DNA of 64,000 nt from Elusimicrobiota bacterium (GTDB lineage: Bacteria > Elusimicrobiota > Elusimicrobia > Elusimicrobiales > UBA9959), in NCBI GenBank assembly GCA_027340875.1, contig DAIENX010000007.1, positions 96,001-160,000 on the forward strand, in the 5' to 3' direction. The notes beneath the pieces are model-generated. The model searched no databases. It had not been told where the DNA came from and worked only from the letters and a program-made list of their open reading frames with translations. Positions 56,243 to 64,000 of the stretch are shown here, in pieces. Both the position numbers and the translations under genes were made by a program. Numbering within the stretch: position 1 is the stretch's first letter; each line of letters starts with the position of its first letter.

Positions 56243-58018
56243 TCAGAGCGCGCCGGAGCGCTGGAAGCGGCGGGCCAGGTCGGCGCCGGAGAGGAAGAAC
56301 AGCGTAGGGCGCCCGTGCGGGCAGTGGAAACTGTCTTTCGTCCCGCGCAGGTCCTCCATCAGGCGCAGCGCCTCCTGCGGCTTCACGAAGTCGTGCGCCT
56401 TTATCGACTTCTTGCAGGCCATCGTGGCTATGATGTTTCGCTTCATGTCCTCGGCGGCCTTCTCGGGCTCGCCCAGCACCTCGGACAGGTAGCCCAAAAA
56501 CTCCGCGAAGGCGGGCTGCGTGAAATAGAACAGCGCAGGGGCCGCGCGCAGCAGCGCCACCGCCGGGCCGCGCTGCTCCACCTCGAAGCCGGCACTCTTC
56601 AGCCAGTCCTTCCACTTGAGCACCGTCTCCATCTGGGAGCGGGAAAGCTCGGTCTCCAGCGGCACCAGCAGCGGCTGCACCTTGACCGAGCCCTTGTCGA
56701 ACTCCCCCAGGTACTTCTCGAACAGCACGCGCTCCTGCGCGGCGTGCTGGTCCACCACCAGCAGGCCGGCGTCGGTCTCGAAGAGCAGGTAGCTCTTGGC
56801 CAGCTGGCCCAGGTAGGAGAGGTCGTGGGCGCGCCAGTCTGCCGCTGCGGGAGCGGCACCCGCCGCGGGTCCCGCGGGAACGGAAGAGGCCGCGTCGAAC
56901 AGACCGCCGGTCTCCGCGGCCGCGGACGGGGCGGCGCCGGCCTCGCGGTAGGCCGGCACGTCGGGAGCGGAAAAAGGTTTCGCGCCGGCTTCGGGGGCCA
57001 GGGCCACGGCGGCGGTCTGCTTCGAAAGGAGCTCCTCGTAGACGCAGCCGGAGACGGTCTTGAAGATCTCGTTCTCCGACGAGAACTTCACGTCCCGCTT
57101 CTGCGGGTGGATGTTGGCGTCGAAAGCGCCCGGGTCCAGCTCCACGAACAGCGCGCAGGCTGGATGGCGGCCGGTCAGCATGTGGCCGTAGCCGCGGTAG
57201 AGGGCCTGCCGCAGCAGCGCCGAGGAGACGGGGCGGCGGTTGACGAAAAAGTGCTGGTTGACGCGCGTGGAGGCCAGCGCGTCCGGCCTGGACACCAGGC
57301 CGTAGACGGCCATGCCCGGGGTCTTGCTCTCCACGCGGGCCAGGCCGCCGTAGACGCCTTTGCCGAAGATGACCGCCGCGCGGTTCTTGAGGTTCTCCCA
57401 CATGCCCCCGGGCAGGGAAGGCAGATCGAGGATCCCGGCGCCGTCTATAACCAGGCGGAAAGAGACGCCGGGGCTGGCCAGCGCGGCCTCTTCCACCGCG
57501 CGTATCAGGTGCGAGCGCTCCGCCGCGTCGCTCTTCATGAACTTGGCCCGGGCCGGCGTGTTGAAGAACAGGTCCGCGGCCTCTATCGTGGTGCCTTTCA
57601 CCGGGGGGGCCGGCAGCTCGGCGATCACCTTCCCTCCCTCGCCCTCTATCGAATAGCCGGAATCCGCGCCGGCCTTGAAGGAGGTCAGCTTCAGCCTGGA
57701 CACCGCGAAGACGGAATAAAGGGCCTCGCCGCGGAAGCCGAAAGTGGCCAGCGAGTAGAGGTCGTCGAAGGCGCCGAGCTTGCTGGTGGCGTGACGGCCC
57801 AGCGCCAGCCGCAGGTCCTCGCGGTCCATGCCGCGCCCGTCGTCGTGCACGCGGATCAGGCCGCGGCCGGCCTTTTTTATCTCGATATCCACGCGCGAGG
57901 CGCCTGCGTCCAGGGAGTTCTCTATCAGCTCCTTGAGCACCGAGGCGGGACGCTCGATGACCTCGCCGGCGGCGATCTTGGACACCACATCTTCGGGCAG
58001 CACTTTTATCTCTGGCAT
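56243..58018 (-). CDS. mutL: DNA mismatch repair endonuclease MutL
   Basis: IAAGEVIERP, HATSK, GFRGEAL, DQHAAQERV, ACK and CPHGRP motifs. Confidence 0.97.
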   Translation of the reverse strand: MPEIKVLPEDVVSKIAAGEVIERPASVLKELIENSLDAGASRVDIEIKKAGRGLIRVHDDGRGMDREDLRLALGRHATSKLGAFDDLYSLATFGFRGEALYSVFAVSRLKLTSFKAGADSGYSIEGEGGKVIAELPAPPVKGTTIEAADLFFNTPARAKFMKSDAAERSHLIRAVEEAALASPGVSFRLVIDGAGILDLPSLPGGMWENLKNRAAVIFGKGVYGGLARVESKTPGMAVYGLVSRPDALASTRVNQHFFVNRRPVSSALLRQALYRGYGHMLTGRHPACALFVELDPGAFDANIHPQKRDVKFSSENEIFKTVSGCVYEELLSKQTAAVALAPEAGAKPFSAPDVPAYREAGAAPSAAAETGGLFDAASSVPAGPAAGAAPAAADWRAHDLSYLGQLAKSYLLFETDAGLLVVDQHAAQERVLFEKYLGEFDKGSVKVQPLLVPLETELSRSQMETVLKWKDWLKSAGFEVEQRGPAVALLRAAPALFYFTQPAFAEFLGYLSEVLGEPEKAAEDMKRNIIATMACKKSIKAHDFVKPQEALRLMEDLRGTKDSFHCPHGRPTLFFLSGADLARRFQRSGAL

Positions 58019-58041
58019 AGGAAGATTTTATCAATTCCGGC

Positions 58042-58782
58042 TCAGCCCAGCATCCGGTTGCCCATCATCACCAGGTTCACCATGGCGTGCATCATCACGT
58101 TGACCGGCAGCCGCCGCTCCTTCTCGTAGACCCAGCAGAAATACAGGCCTACCGGCAGCATCAGCGGGGCGGCCGCGCCGTGGAAGAGCGCGAAAAAGGC
58201 CGCCGAGCAGCCGGCGCTGTACCAGAAGCCGCGGGAGGCGCGCAGCGAGGCGAAGAGGACGCGCCTGAAGAAGAGCTCCTCGGCCAGCGGGCCGAGCGCG
58301 CAGGCCGTCAGCAGCGACGGCAGCAGCCGCCACGGCGAGACCGCCGCCACCTTGCGCAGGATCACGCCCTCGCGCGCGGCCGGCGCGGAGACAGGCTGCA
58401 GCAGCGTTTTCATGCCGTGATCGCCCAGCAGCAGCCAGAGGCCGGACAGGACCACGGCGATGGCGGCGGCGAGCAGCACGTAGCCGCCGAAATATTTCAG
58501 GGCCTTGAGCAGGTCGTCCGGGAATTTCCGCTTCCAGTCCGCCAGCGCCGTCCGCCAGTCGGCGCCGAGGCGCGCCAGCAGCGCGGCGGAGGCGGCGGCG
58601 GTGCCCAGCATCGCCGGGGCTATGGACTCCAGGGGGGTGAAGCGCAGGCGCAGCAGCTCCTCCGCCAGGGCGGGCAGGGCGGAGAGCACGGCGTGCAGGA
58701 AGACTATGAAGGCGGAGAATGCCAGCAGGCGCACGCCGTCGCGGCACGTGGCCGCGCCGCCGAAAGGGTCGTTAGCCTCCAT
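58042..58782 (-). CDS. CPBP (CAAX/Abi) intramembrane protease
   Basis: PLAEELFFR, FALFH and HAMVN motifs. Confidence 0.88.
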   Translation of the reverse strand: MEANDPFGGAATCRDGVRLLAFSAFIVFLHAVLSALPALAEELLRLRFTPLESIAPAMLGTAAASAALLARLGADWRTALADWKRKFPDDLLKALKYFGGYVLLAAAIAVVLSGLWLLLGDHGMKTLLQPVSAPAAREGVILRKVAAVSPWRLLPSLLTACALGPLAEELFFRRVLFASLRASRGFWYSAGCSAAFFALFHGAAAPLMLPVGLYFCWVYEKERRLPVNVMMHAMVNLVMMGNRMLG

Positions 58783-58798
58783 GCCCGGGGGTCCCGGC

Positions 58799-59962
58799 TC
58801 AGGGCCGCGGGGCGGGGGCCTGGCCGGCCTTGGCTATGTAATCCAGCGCGTAGGTATAGCCGCCGAGCTCGCCGGTGACGGCTGAGCCGACCACCGGCAG
58901 GCCGGCCGCCTCGAAGGCCGCGGCCTTGTCCTGCATGGCTTTCCTGGCGTCCTTGTCAAAGGTGAAGGTCTCCTGGGCCTGGTAGGTCTCCACGGCGGCG
59001 GACTGCACCACCCCGGAGTGCTGGTAGAAGTTCTGCACCAGGAAATCCACGCCGTAGGAATAATCGCCGCCGACCGGCCTGGACACGGAGGAGAGCGGCG
59101 GCACGCCGGCTTTCCGGAACAGCGGCTCGGCGGCCTTGCCGGCGGCCAGCGCGTTCTTCTCGAACGGGAAGGTCTCCCTGGCGTCGTAGCGGAGCACGGA
59201 GTACTGCGGCCTGGGGGCGGCTTTGCCGGTCTTGACCGCGTATTCCACCTGCACGGCATAATCCCCGTCGGGGCGGCTCACGGCCTTGCCGCGTATCGCG
59301 GGCACGCCGGCCTGCCTGAAAAGGGACAGGTAGTAGGCGATGTTCTTCTTGGCCTCGCTCTCGAAGGTGAACTTGCCGCCGGTGTACTCCCTGAACTTGA
59401 CGTCGTATTCCGGAGCCCGCTGCAGCACGTCGGTCACCAGGTAGTCCACGGCGAAGGCGCCGTCGCCGCCGGAATCGTAGGTATAGGAGCCGACCACGGA
59501 CAGCCTGGCCGCGCGGAAGGCGGCGGCGCAGTCGTTCATCGCGGCCGCGGCGCTCTGCGAGGGCCAGTATGAGGAACCGTTATCGTAGGTCGCCACCAGC
59601 ACGGCCGGCGGCAGCGCGGCCCCGGCCTTGACCGTCGGGATGTAATCTATCGCGAAGCTGTAATCGCTGCCGGCGGGAACGACCCGGCCGCCCAGGGTGG
59701 CGATGCCGGCGGCGTTGAGGTCCCGTATGCGGGCTTCCATCGCGGGTTTCGCCTGGCTCTCGAAACTGAAGGTCTCGTCGGTAGTATAGGCCGCTATCTG
59801 GACGCCGGGAGGGATCACCGGCGGCTGGCCGTGCGGAACCGGCACCGCCGGCTGGGCGCCGTGCACGCTGCCGGCGGTATATGAGTTCAGGACGAAATCC
59901 TGCGAGAAGGACGGCGTCGCCAGGACAAAAAAGGATATTGCGGCGGCTACTGTGTTCAGCAT
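58799..59962 (-). CDS. Secreted protein with five tandem ~60-aa repeats
   Basis: SD GGAGG, signal peptide MLNTVAAAISFFVLATPSFS; repeat consensus Y...ETF.FE..A..A.......F..AG..........GDY....DY. Confidence 0.75.
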   Translation of the reverse strand: MLNTVAAAISFFVLATPSFSQDFVLNSYTAGSVHGAQPAVPVPHGQPPVIPPGVQIAAYTTDETFSFESQAKPAMEARIRDLNAAGIATLGGRVVPAGSDYSFAIDYIPTVKAGAALPPAVLVATYDNGSSYWPSQSAAAAMNDCAAAFRAARLSVVGSYTYDSGGDGAFAVDYLVTDVLQRAPEYDVKFREYTGGKFTFESEAKKNIAYYLSLFRQAGVPAIRGKAVSRPDGDYAVQVEYAVKTGKAAPRPQYSVLRYDARETFPFEKNALAAGKAAEPLFRKAGVPPLSSVSRPVGGDYSYGVDFLVQNFYQHSGVVQSAAVETYQAQETFTFDKDARKAMQDKAAAFEAAGLPVVGSAVTGELGGYTYALDYIAKAGQAPAPRP

Positions 59963-60043
59963 TGTGCCTCCCTGTACCCTTAAATTATAATAATTACGCG
60001 CCGGCAGGTCATGGGCCAATAGGCCATGCCGCCGGTAGGCCGT

Positions 60044-60454
60044 ATGGACAAGAACAGGAACTGGCTCGATTACTTCTACTACGCGGCGCCAGCCTGGTTG
60101 CTGCTGGAGACCTTTTTCTGGCCCAACTTCAGGGCCGGCGCCGTGACCGGCGGCTCCTTCTGGGGGAACCTGGCCTTCTACTCGGCCGAGGGCGGGCTGG
60201 GGGCCGCGCTCTATTTCCACCTGCCCTACGCCAGGCCGGCCGCGCTCCTGGAGAACGCGGCGCTGGTAGTGGTCTATATGAAGTTCATCCTGTTCGCGCC
60301 GTGGGACATAGCGGCGAACATCGCCGACCCGGGAGCGGGAGAGGCCGCCTCGGCCTACGCCGCCGCGCTGCCCGGCGCGCTGTACTCCTGCTGCCACGTG
60401 ATGCTACGGCTGCGCTCGGAACTGGACCGCCGCGGCGGAAAGTTCAATCCTTGA
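60044..60454 (+). CDS. Hypothetical membrane protein
   Basis: Several hydrophobic segments; fills the gap between the repeat protein gene and mutS. Confidence 0.6.
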   Translation: MDKNRNWLDYFYYAAPAWLLLETFFWPNFRAGAVTGGSFWGNLAFYSAEGGLGAALYFHLPYARPAALLENAALVVVYMKFILFAPWDIAANIADPGAGEAASAYAAALPGALYSCCHVMLRLRSELDRRGGKFNP

Positions 60455-63020
60455 GCCGCTTCTTCCAGTCGCTTATCACGGAGAGAGCCTGCAGCGGCGT
60501 CATGTTGTCGGCGTCGCACATCTTCAGCTCGTCGAGCACCGGATGGCCGGAGAAGATTGGCAGCAGCGGCGTCTGGTTCTCGTCCCTGGACTCCACCTGG
60601 ATGTTCCCCTTCGTCTCCAGCGCGCGCAGGATCTCCCTGGCGCGCGCTATCGCGCTCTCCGGCAGGCCGGCCAGCTGGGCCACGTGGATGCCGTAGGACT
60701 TGTCGGCGGGTCCGTTCGAGATCTTATGCAGGAAGACGACCTCGGTCTTGCCGAGGGCGTTGGTCCATTCCTTCACGGCGATGTTGCAGTTCTTGATGCC
60801 GGCGAACTTCTCGGCCAGCTCGGTCAGCTCGAAATAATGGGTGGCGAACAGCACCTTGGGGCCGCCCTCCGGCTTGTAGAGGTGCTCCACCACCGCCCAG
60901 GCTATCGAGATGCCGTCGAACGTGGAGGTGCCGCGGCCGACCTCGTCGAGAAGTATCAGGCTCTTCGGGGTGGCCAGGCGCATGATGGCCGAGGTCTCGC
61001 GCATCTCCACCATGAACGTGGATTCGCCGCGCGCCATGCGGTCCTGCGCGCCTATCCGGGTCATGATGCGGTCCACCACGCCTATCTCGGCGGCGCGGGC
61101 CGGCACGAAAGAGCCGATCTGCGCCATGATCACCGCCACGGCGGCCTGGCGCAGGTAGACGCTCTTGCCGCTCATGTTGGGCCCGGTCAGTATGATCACG
61201 CGGGCGTCGGAATTCCCTATCTCCAGGTCGTTCGGGACGAAGGTCCCCGCGGGCAGGAAGCGCTCTACCGCCGGGTGGCGCCCCTCCTCTATCCTGAGGA
61301 CGTCGCCGGAATTCACCCTGGGGCGGGAGAACTCGTAGCGCACCGCGCTCTCGGCCAGCGCGTAGAAGACGTCCAGCTCTGCCGCGCCGTTGGCGAAGGT
61401 CTTCAGCTCGCCGAGAGAGGCCTTCACCTTTTCCCGCAGGGCGCAGAAGAGATGCGTCTCCAGCTTGGACATCTTCTCCTCGGCGCCGAGGATCTTGTTC
61501 TCGAGGGTCTTCAGGTCCTCGGTTATGTAGCGCTCGGCGTTGACCAGCGTCTGCTTGCGCACGAAATAATGGGGTACCTTCTGCGACTGCGCCTTGGAGA
61601 CCTCGATGTAGTAGCCGAAGACGCTGTTGTAGCCCACTTTCAGGGTGGGGATGCCTGTCTTCTCCTTCTCCCTCAGCTCGATGTCGGTCAGCAGTTTCTG
61701 GCTGTCGCGGCGGACCAGGCGCAGCTCGTCGAGATCGTCGCTGTAGGCCTCGCGTATGACTCCGCCGTCGGACAGCCGCGCGGGCGGGTTCTCCGCCAGC
61801 GCGCGCTCGAGCTCCGCCCGCAGGCCGTTAAGCGCGTGAGAGGCGGCGTCCAGGCGCGCGGCCAGTTCCGGAGCGCGCTCGAAGAAGCCGGCGGAGCTGA
61901 GCAGCAGCTTCAGGCGCGGCAGCTGCGTAAGGGCCTTGCGCACGGCGCCGAGGTCGCGCGGGGAGGCGGAAAGGTTTATCACCCGGCCAAGCAGGCGCTC
62001 GACGTCGGGCACCTGGGAGAGGATGTCGCCCAGCTGCTCGCGCGCCTCGCGGTTCTCGGCCAGGAAGGCGGTGAAGTCCTGGCGGGAATGTATCTCGCGC
62101 AGGTCCGTCAGCGGCTCCAGCAGCCAGCGGCGCAGCATCCGCGAGCCCATCGAAGTGCGGCACAGGTCCAGCACGCCCCAGAGCGTCTTGGAGTCGTCGC
62201 CGTCGGGAGAGGAGACAAGCTCCAGCGTCTTGATCGCGGACTCGTCGAGCTGCAGGCGGTTGGACGGCTCGTGGTAGGAAGGCGCGAACACCTCCTTCAG
62301 GCCCGGCTGGGTCTGGCGCACGTAGGAGACGGCCCGCAGGGCGGTCTGCATGGCCAGCTTGTGGTTCTGCCACACCGGCTGCGAGGCCCAGTCAGGAGTA
62401 TGGGCGTCCTCGCCGTGGTACTCGGTCAGCGGCACGGAACCGAAGTCCAGCCCCCGCCTCCTTATCTCCTTGATAGTCTTCGGGCCGGCTATTATCTCGG
62501 CCGGAGCTGTCTTGGAGACGTACGAGAGCAGCTGGTACAGGTCCGGGTCGTTGAGGTTCTGCGTGGCCAGGAAATCCCCGGTGGAGGCGTCGAAGGACGC
62601 GAGGCCCCAGCCGACGATGTCCAGCTCCAGCGCCACCAGGTAGCGGCTGGTCCTCGGCTGCAGCAATTCGTCCTCCACCACGGTCCCCGGGGTTATCAGG
62701 CGCACGACCTCGCGCTTGAACAGCTTGGTCTTCTTCGCGTCGCCGGAGGGGGCGACCTGCTCGCAGATGGCCACCTTGTGGCCGGCCGCCAGCAGGCGGG
62801 CGATATAGTTGGTGGCCGAATGGTGCGGCACGCCGCACATCGGCACGCTCTGCCGGGCGGTGAGCGTCAGGCCCAGCTCGGAGCTGGCGGCCTTGGCATC
62901 GTCGAAGAAGAGCTCGTAGAAATCTCCCAGCCTGAAGAACAGCAGCGCGTGGGGATAGGACTTCTTCAGCGCCTGGTACTGCTGCATCAGCGGGGTTTCG
63001 GGTGTTTCAACCTGTGTCAT
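60444..63020 (-). CDS. mutS: DNA mismatch repair protein MutS
   Basis: TPLMQQY, GDFYELF, TGPNMSGKS, STFMVEM, DEVGRGTSTFDG and SYGIHVAQLAG motifs. Confidence 0.98.
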   Translation of the reverse strand: MTQVETPETPLMQQYQALKKSYPHALLFFRLGDFYELFFDDAKAASSELGLTLTARQSVPMCGVPHHSATNYIARLLAAGHKVAICEQVAPSGDAKKTKLFKREVVRLITPGTVVEDELLQPRTSRYLVALELDIVGWGLASFDASTGDFLATQNLNDPDLYQLLSYVSKTAPAEIIAGPKTIKEIRRRGLDFGSVPLTEYHGEDAHTPDWASQPVWQNHKLAMQTALRAVSYVRQTQPGLKEVFAPSYHEPSNRLQLDESAIKTLELVSSPDGDDSKTLWGVLDLCRTSMGSRMLRRWLLEPLTDLREIHSRQDFTAFLAENREAREQLGDILSQVPDVERLLGRVINLSASPRDLGAVRKALTQLPRLKLLLSSAGFFERAPELAARLDAASHALNGLRAELERALAENPPARLSDGGVIREAYSDDLDELRLVRRDSQKLLTDIELREKEKTGIPTLKVGYNSVFGYYIEVSKAQSQKVPHYFVRKQTLVNAERYITEDLKTLENKILGAEEKMSKLETHLFCALREKVKASLGELKTFANGAAELDVFYALAESAVRYEFSRPRVNSGDVLRIEEGRHPAVERFLPAGTFVPNDLEIGNSDARVIILTGPNMSGKSVYLRQAAVAVIMAQIGSFVPARAAEIGVVDRIMTRIGAQDRMARGESTFMVEMRETSAIMRLATPKSLILLDEVGRGTSTFDGISIAWAVVEHLYKPEGGPKVLFATHYFELTELAEKFAGIKNCNIAVKEWTNALGKTEVVFLHKISNGPADKSYGIHVAQLAGLPESAIARAREILRALETKGNIQVESRDENQTPLLPIFSGHPVLDELKMCDADNMTPLQALSVISDWKKRLKD

Positions 63021-63084
63021 ATGGTCAGATAAGGAGGCCCGGCCGCCGCGCGGCCGCCTGAAGATAAGCGCCGGGAACGGCGCG

Positions 63085-64000
63085 CTACTGCCGGGTATAT
63101 TGTATCAAAAGCTCTTCGGCTTCTTTAAGTGTTTTGAGCTTCATGAACGCGCCGCGGGCGCCGGCGGCGCCGGGCAGTCCCTTGAGCCAGTAGCCGACCA
63201 GTTTGCGGGCGCGCGCCAGGCCGTGTTCCTCGCCGTAGATGCCGGCGTTCAGCTCCAGGAAGCGCAGGAAGAGCTTGATGCGGTCGGCGTCCGACGGCGG
63301 AGGGGCGTCCCTGCCGGAAAGTCCGGCCGCTATCTCGGCGAAGACGGCGGGGTTGAAGACCGCGGCCCGGCCCACCGCCACTCCGGCGCAGCCGGCCTCG
63401 AGCATCGCGCGGGCCTGCGCGGCCCCCTCCACGCCGCCGTTGCCGAAAACAGGGACCTTCACCGCGGCCGCGGTAGCGGCCATGTGATCCAGATTGACCG
63501 GACCCGAGTGGAACTGCGAGGCCGGCCGGCCGTGCAGCGTTATCGCCGAGGCCCCGGCCTCCTCGCAGGCGCGGGCGAGCAGCGGCCCCAGGTTGGCGCC
63601 TTCCTCCAGTCCGGTCCTGAACTTCACCGTGACCGGCACCTTCACGCTTTTCACCATGCGCGAGACGATGTCCGCCAACAGCATGGGCGCGCGCATCAGC
63701 TCGGCCCCCGCGCCGGAGCGGCGCACCTTCTTGACCGGGCAGCCGGCGTTCACGTCCACCATGTCGGCCCCGGCGCGTTCGGCGGCCTGGGCGGCCAGCG
63801 CCATCGAGGCCGGGTCGGCCCCGAAGATCTGTATCGCGGCAGGATGCTCCCCGGGGAGCAGCTCCAGCATTTTGAACGACTTCTTGTTGCCGTACTTGAG
63901 GCTTTCGGCCGAGACCATCTCGGTCACGACCAGGCCGGCCCCGCCGCCGGCGGCGAGGATGCGGAAGGCCGCGTTGGTTATGCCGGCCATAGGGGCCAGC
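63085..64000 (-). CDS. dusB: tRNA-dihydrouridine synthase (start lies beyond window end)
   Basis: LAPMAG at the window edge, TEMVS, QIFG, DVNAGCP, TLHGR and GNGG motifs. Confidence 0.9.
   Translation of the reverse strand, partial: LAPMAGITNAAFRILAAGGGAGLVVTEMVSAESLKYGNKKSFKMLELLPGEHPAAIQIFGADPASMALAAQAAERAGADMVDVNAGCPVKKVRRSGAGAELMRAPMLLADIVSRMVKSVKVPVTVKFRTGLEEGANLGPLLARACEEAGASAITLHGRPASQFHSGPVNLDHMAATAAAVKVPVFGNGGVEGAAQARAMLEAGCAGVAVGRAAVFNPAVFAEIAAGLSGRDAPPPSDADRIKLFLRFLELNAGIYGEEHGLARARKLVGYWLKGLPGAAGARGAFMKLKTLKEAEELLIQYTRQ

Noticed and set aside
35832..63032. Very long antisense ORFs (e.g. 35832-39212 -, 51921-53948 +, 56315-58129 +, 60543-63032 +)
   Set aside because: They mirror well-supported genes on the opposite strand, a common artefact of high-GC codon bias, and have no recognisable motifs.
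1..64000. CRISPR arrays, tRNA, rRNA, transposases
   Set aside because: No regularly spaced repeats, cloverleaf or rRNA signatures, or transposase motifs were seen by eye. A tool scan could still find small RNAs.

Overview
High-GC (roughly two-thirds G+C by eye) chromosomal window from a diderm bacterium. LPS genes and OM barrels are present, and the style of the hypothetical secreted proteins suggests Elusimicrobiota, which is an unverified inference. It is probably close to the origin, since parAB lies beside three parS-like palindromes. Most of it is housekeeping: clpB (partial) with a CIRCE operator, a LolA-like/ABC/OM-barrel operon, mtnP-cdd-accB-accC, a c-di-GMP/chemotaxis-type signalling cluster, glpT/glpQ, an unusually long glmS, a TolC-RND-DUF2892 locus, asd, parAB, kdsC, ccdA, pyrEFDC, mutL, mutS and dusB (partial). 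I found no rRNA, tRNA, CRISPR array, transposase or integrase. Most interesting: (1) a family of ~130-150 bp structured intergenic elements with a conserved CAC-GGT-GTG hairpin and compensatory base changes, two of which bracket in inverted orientation an AT-rich, frameshifted lipoprotein cassette inserted inside the ABC operon; (2) an adjacent serine-palmitoyltransferase-like and ceramide-synthase-like GNAT gene pair suggesting sphingolipid synthesis; (3) an RND locus lacking its adaptor gene, with a long palindrome in its place and an unannotated Cys-rich micro-ORF; (4) a BCCP with a degenerate biotinylation motif; (5) recurrent leaderless-type promoters; (6) several uncharacterised secreted proteins. 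All calls come from motif recognition by eye, with no database searches.
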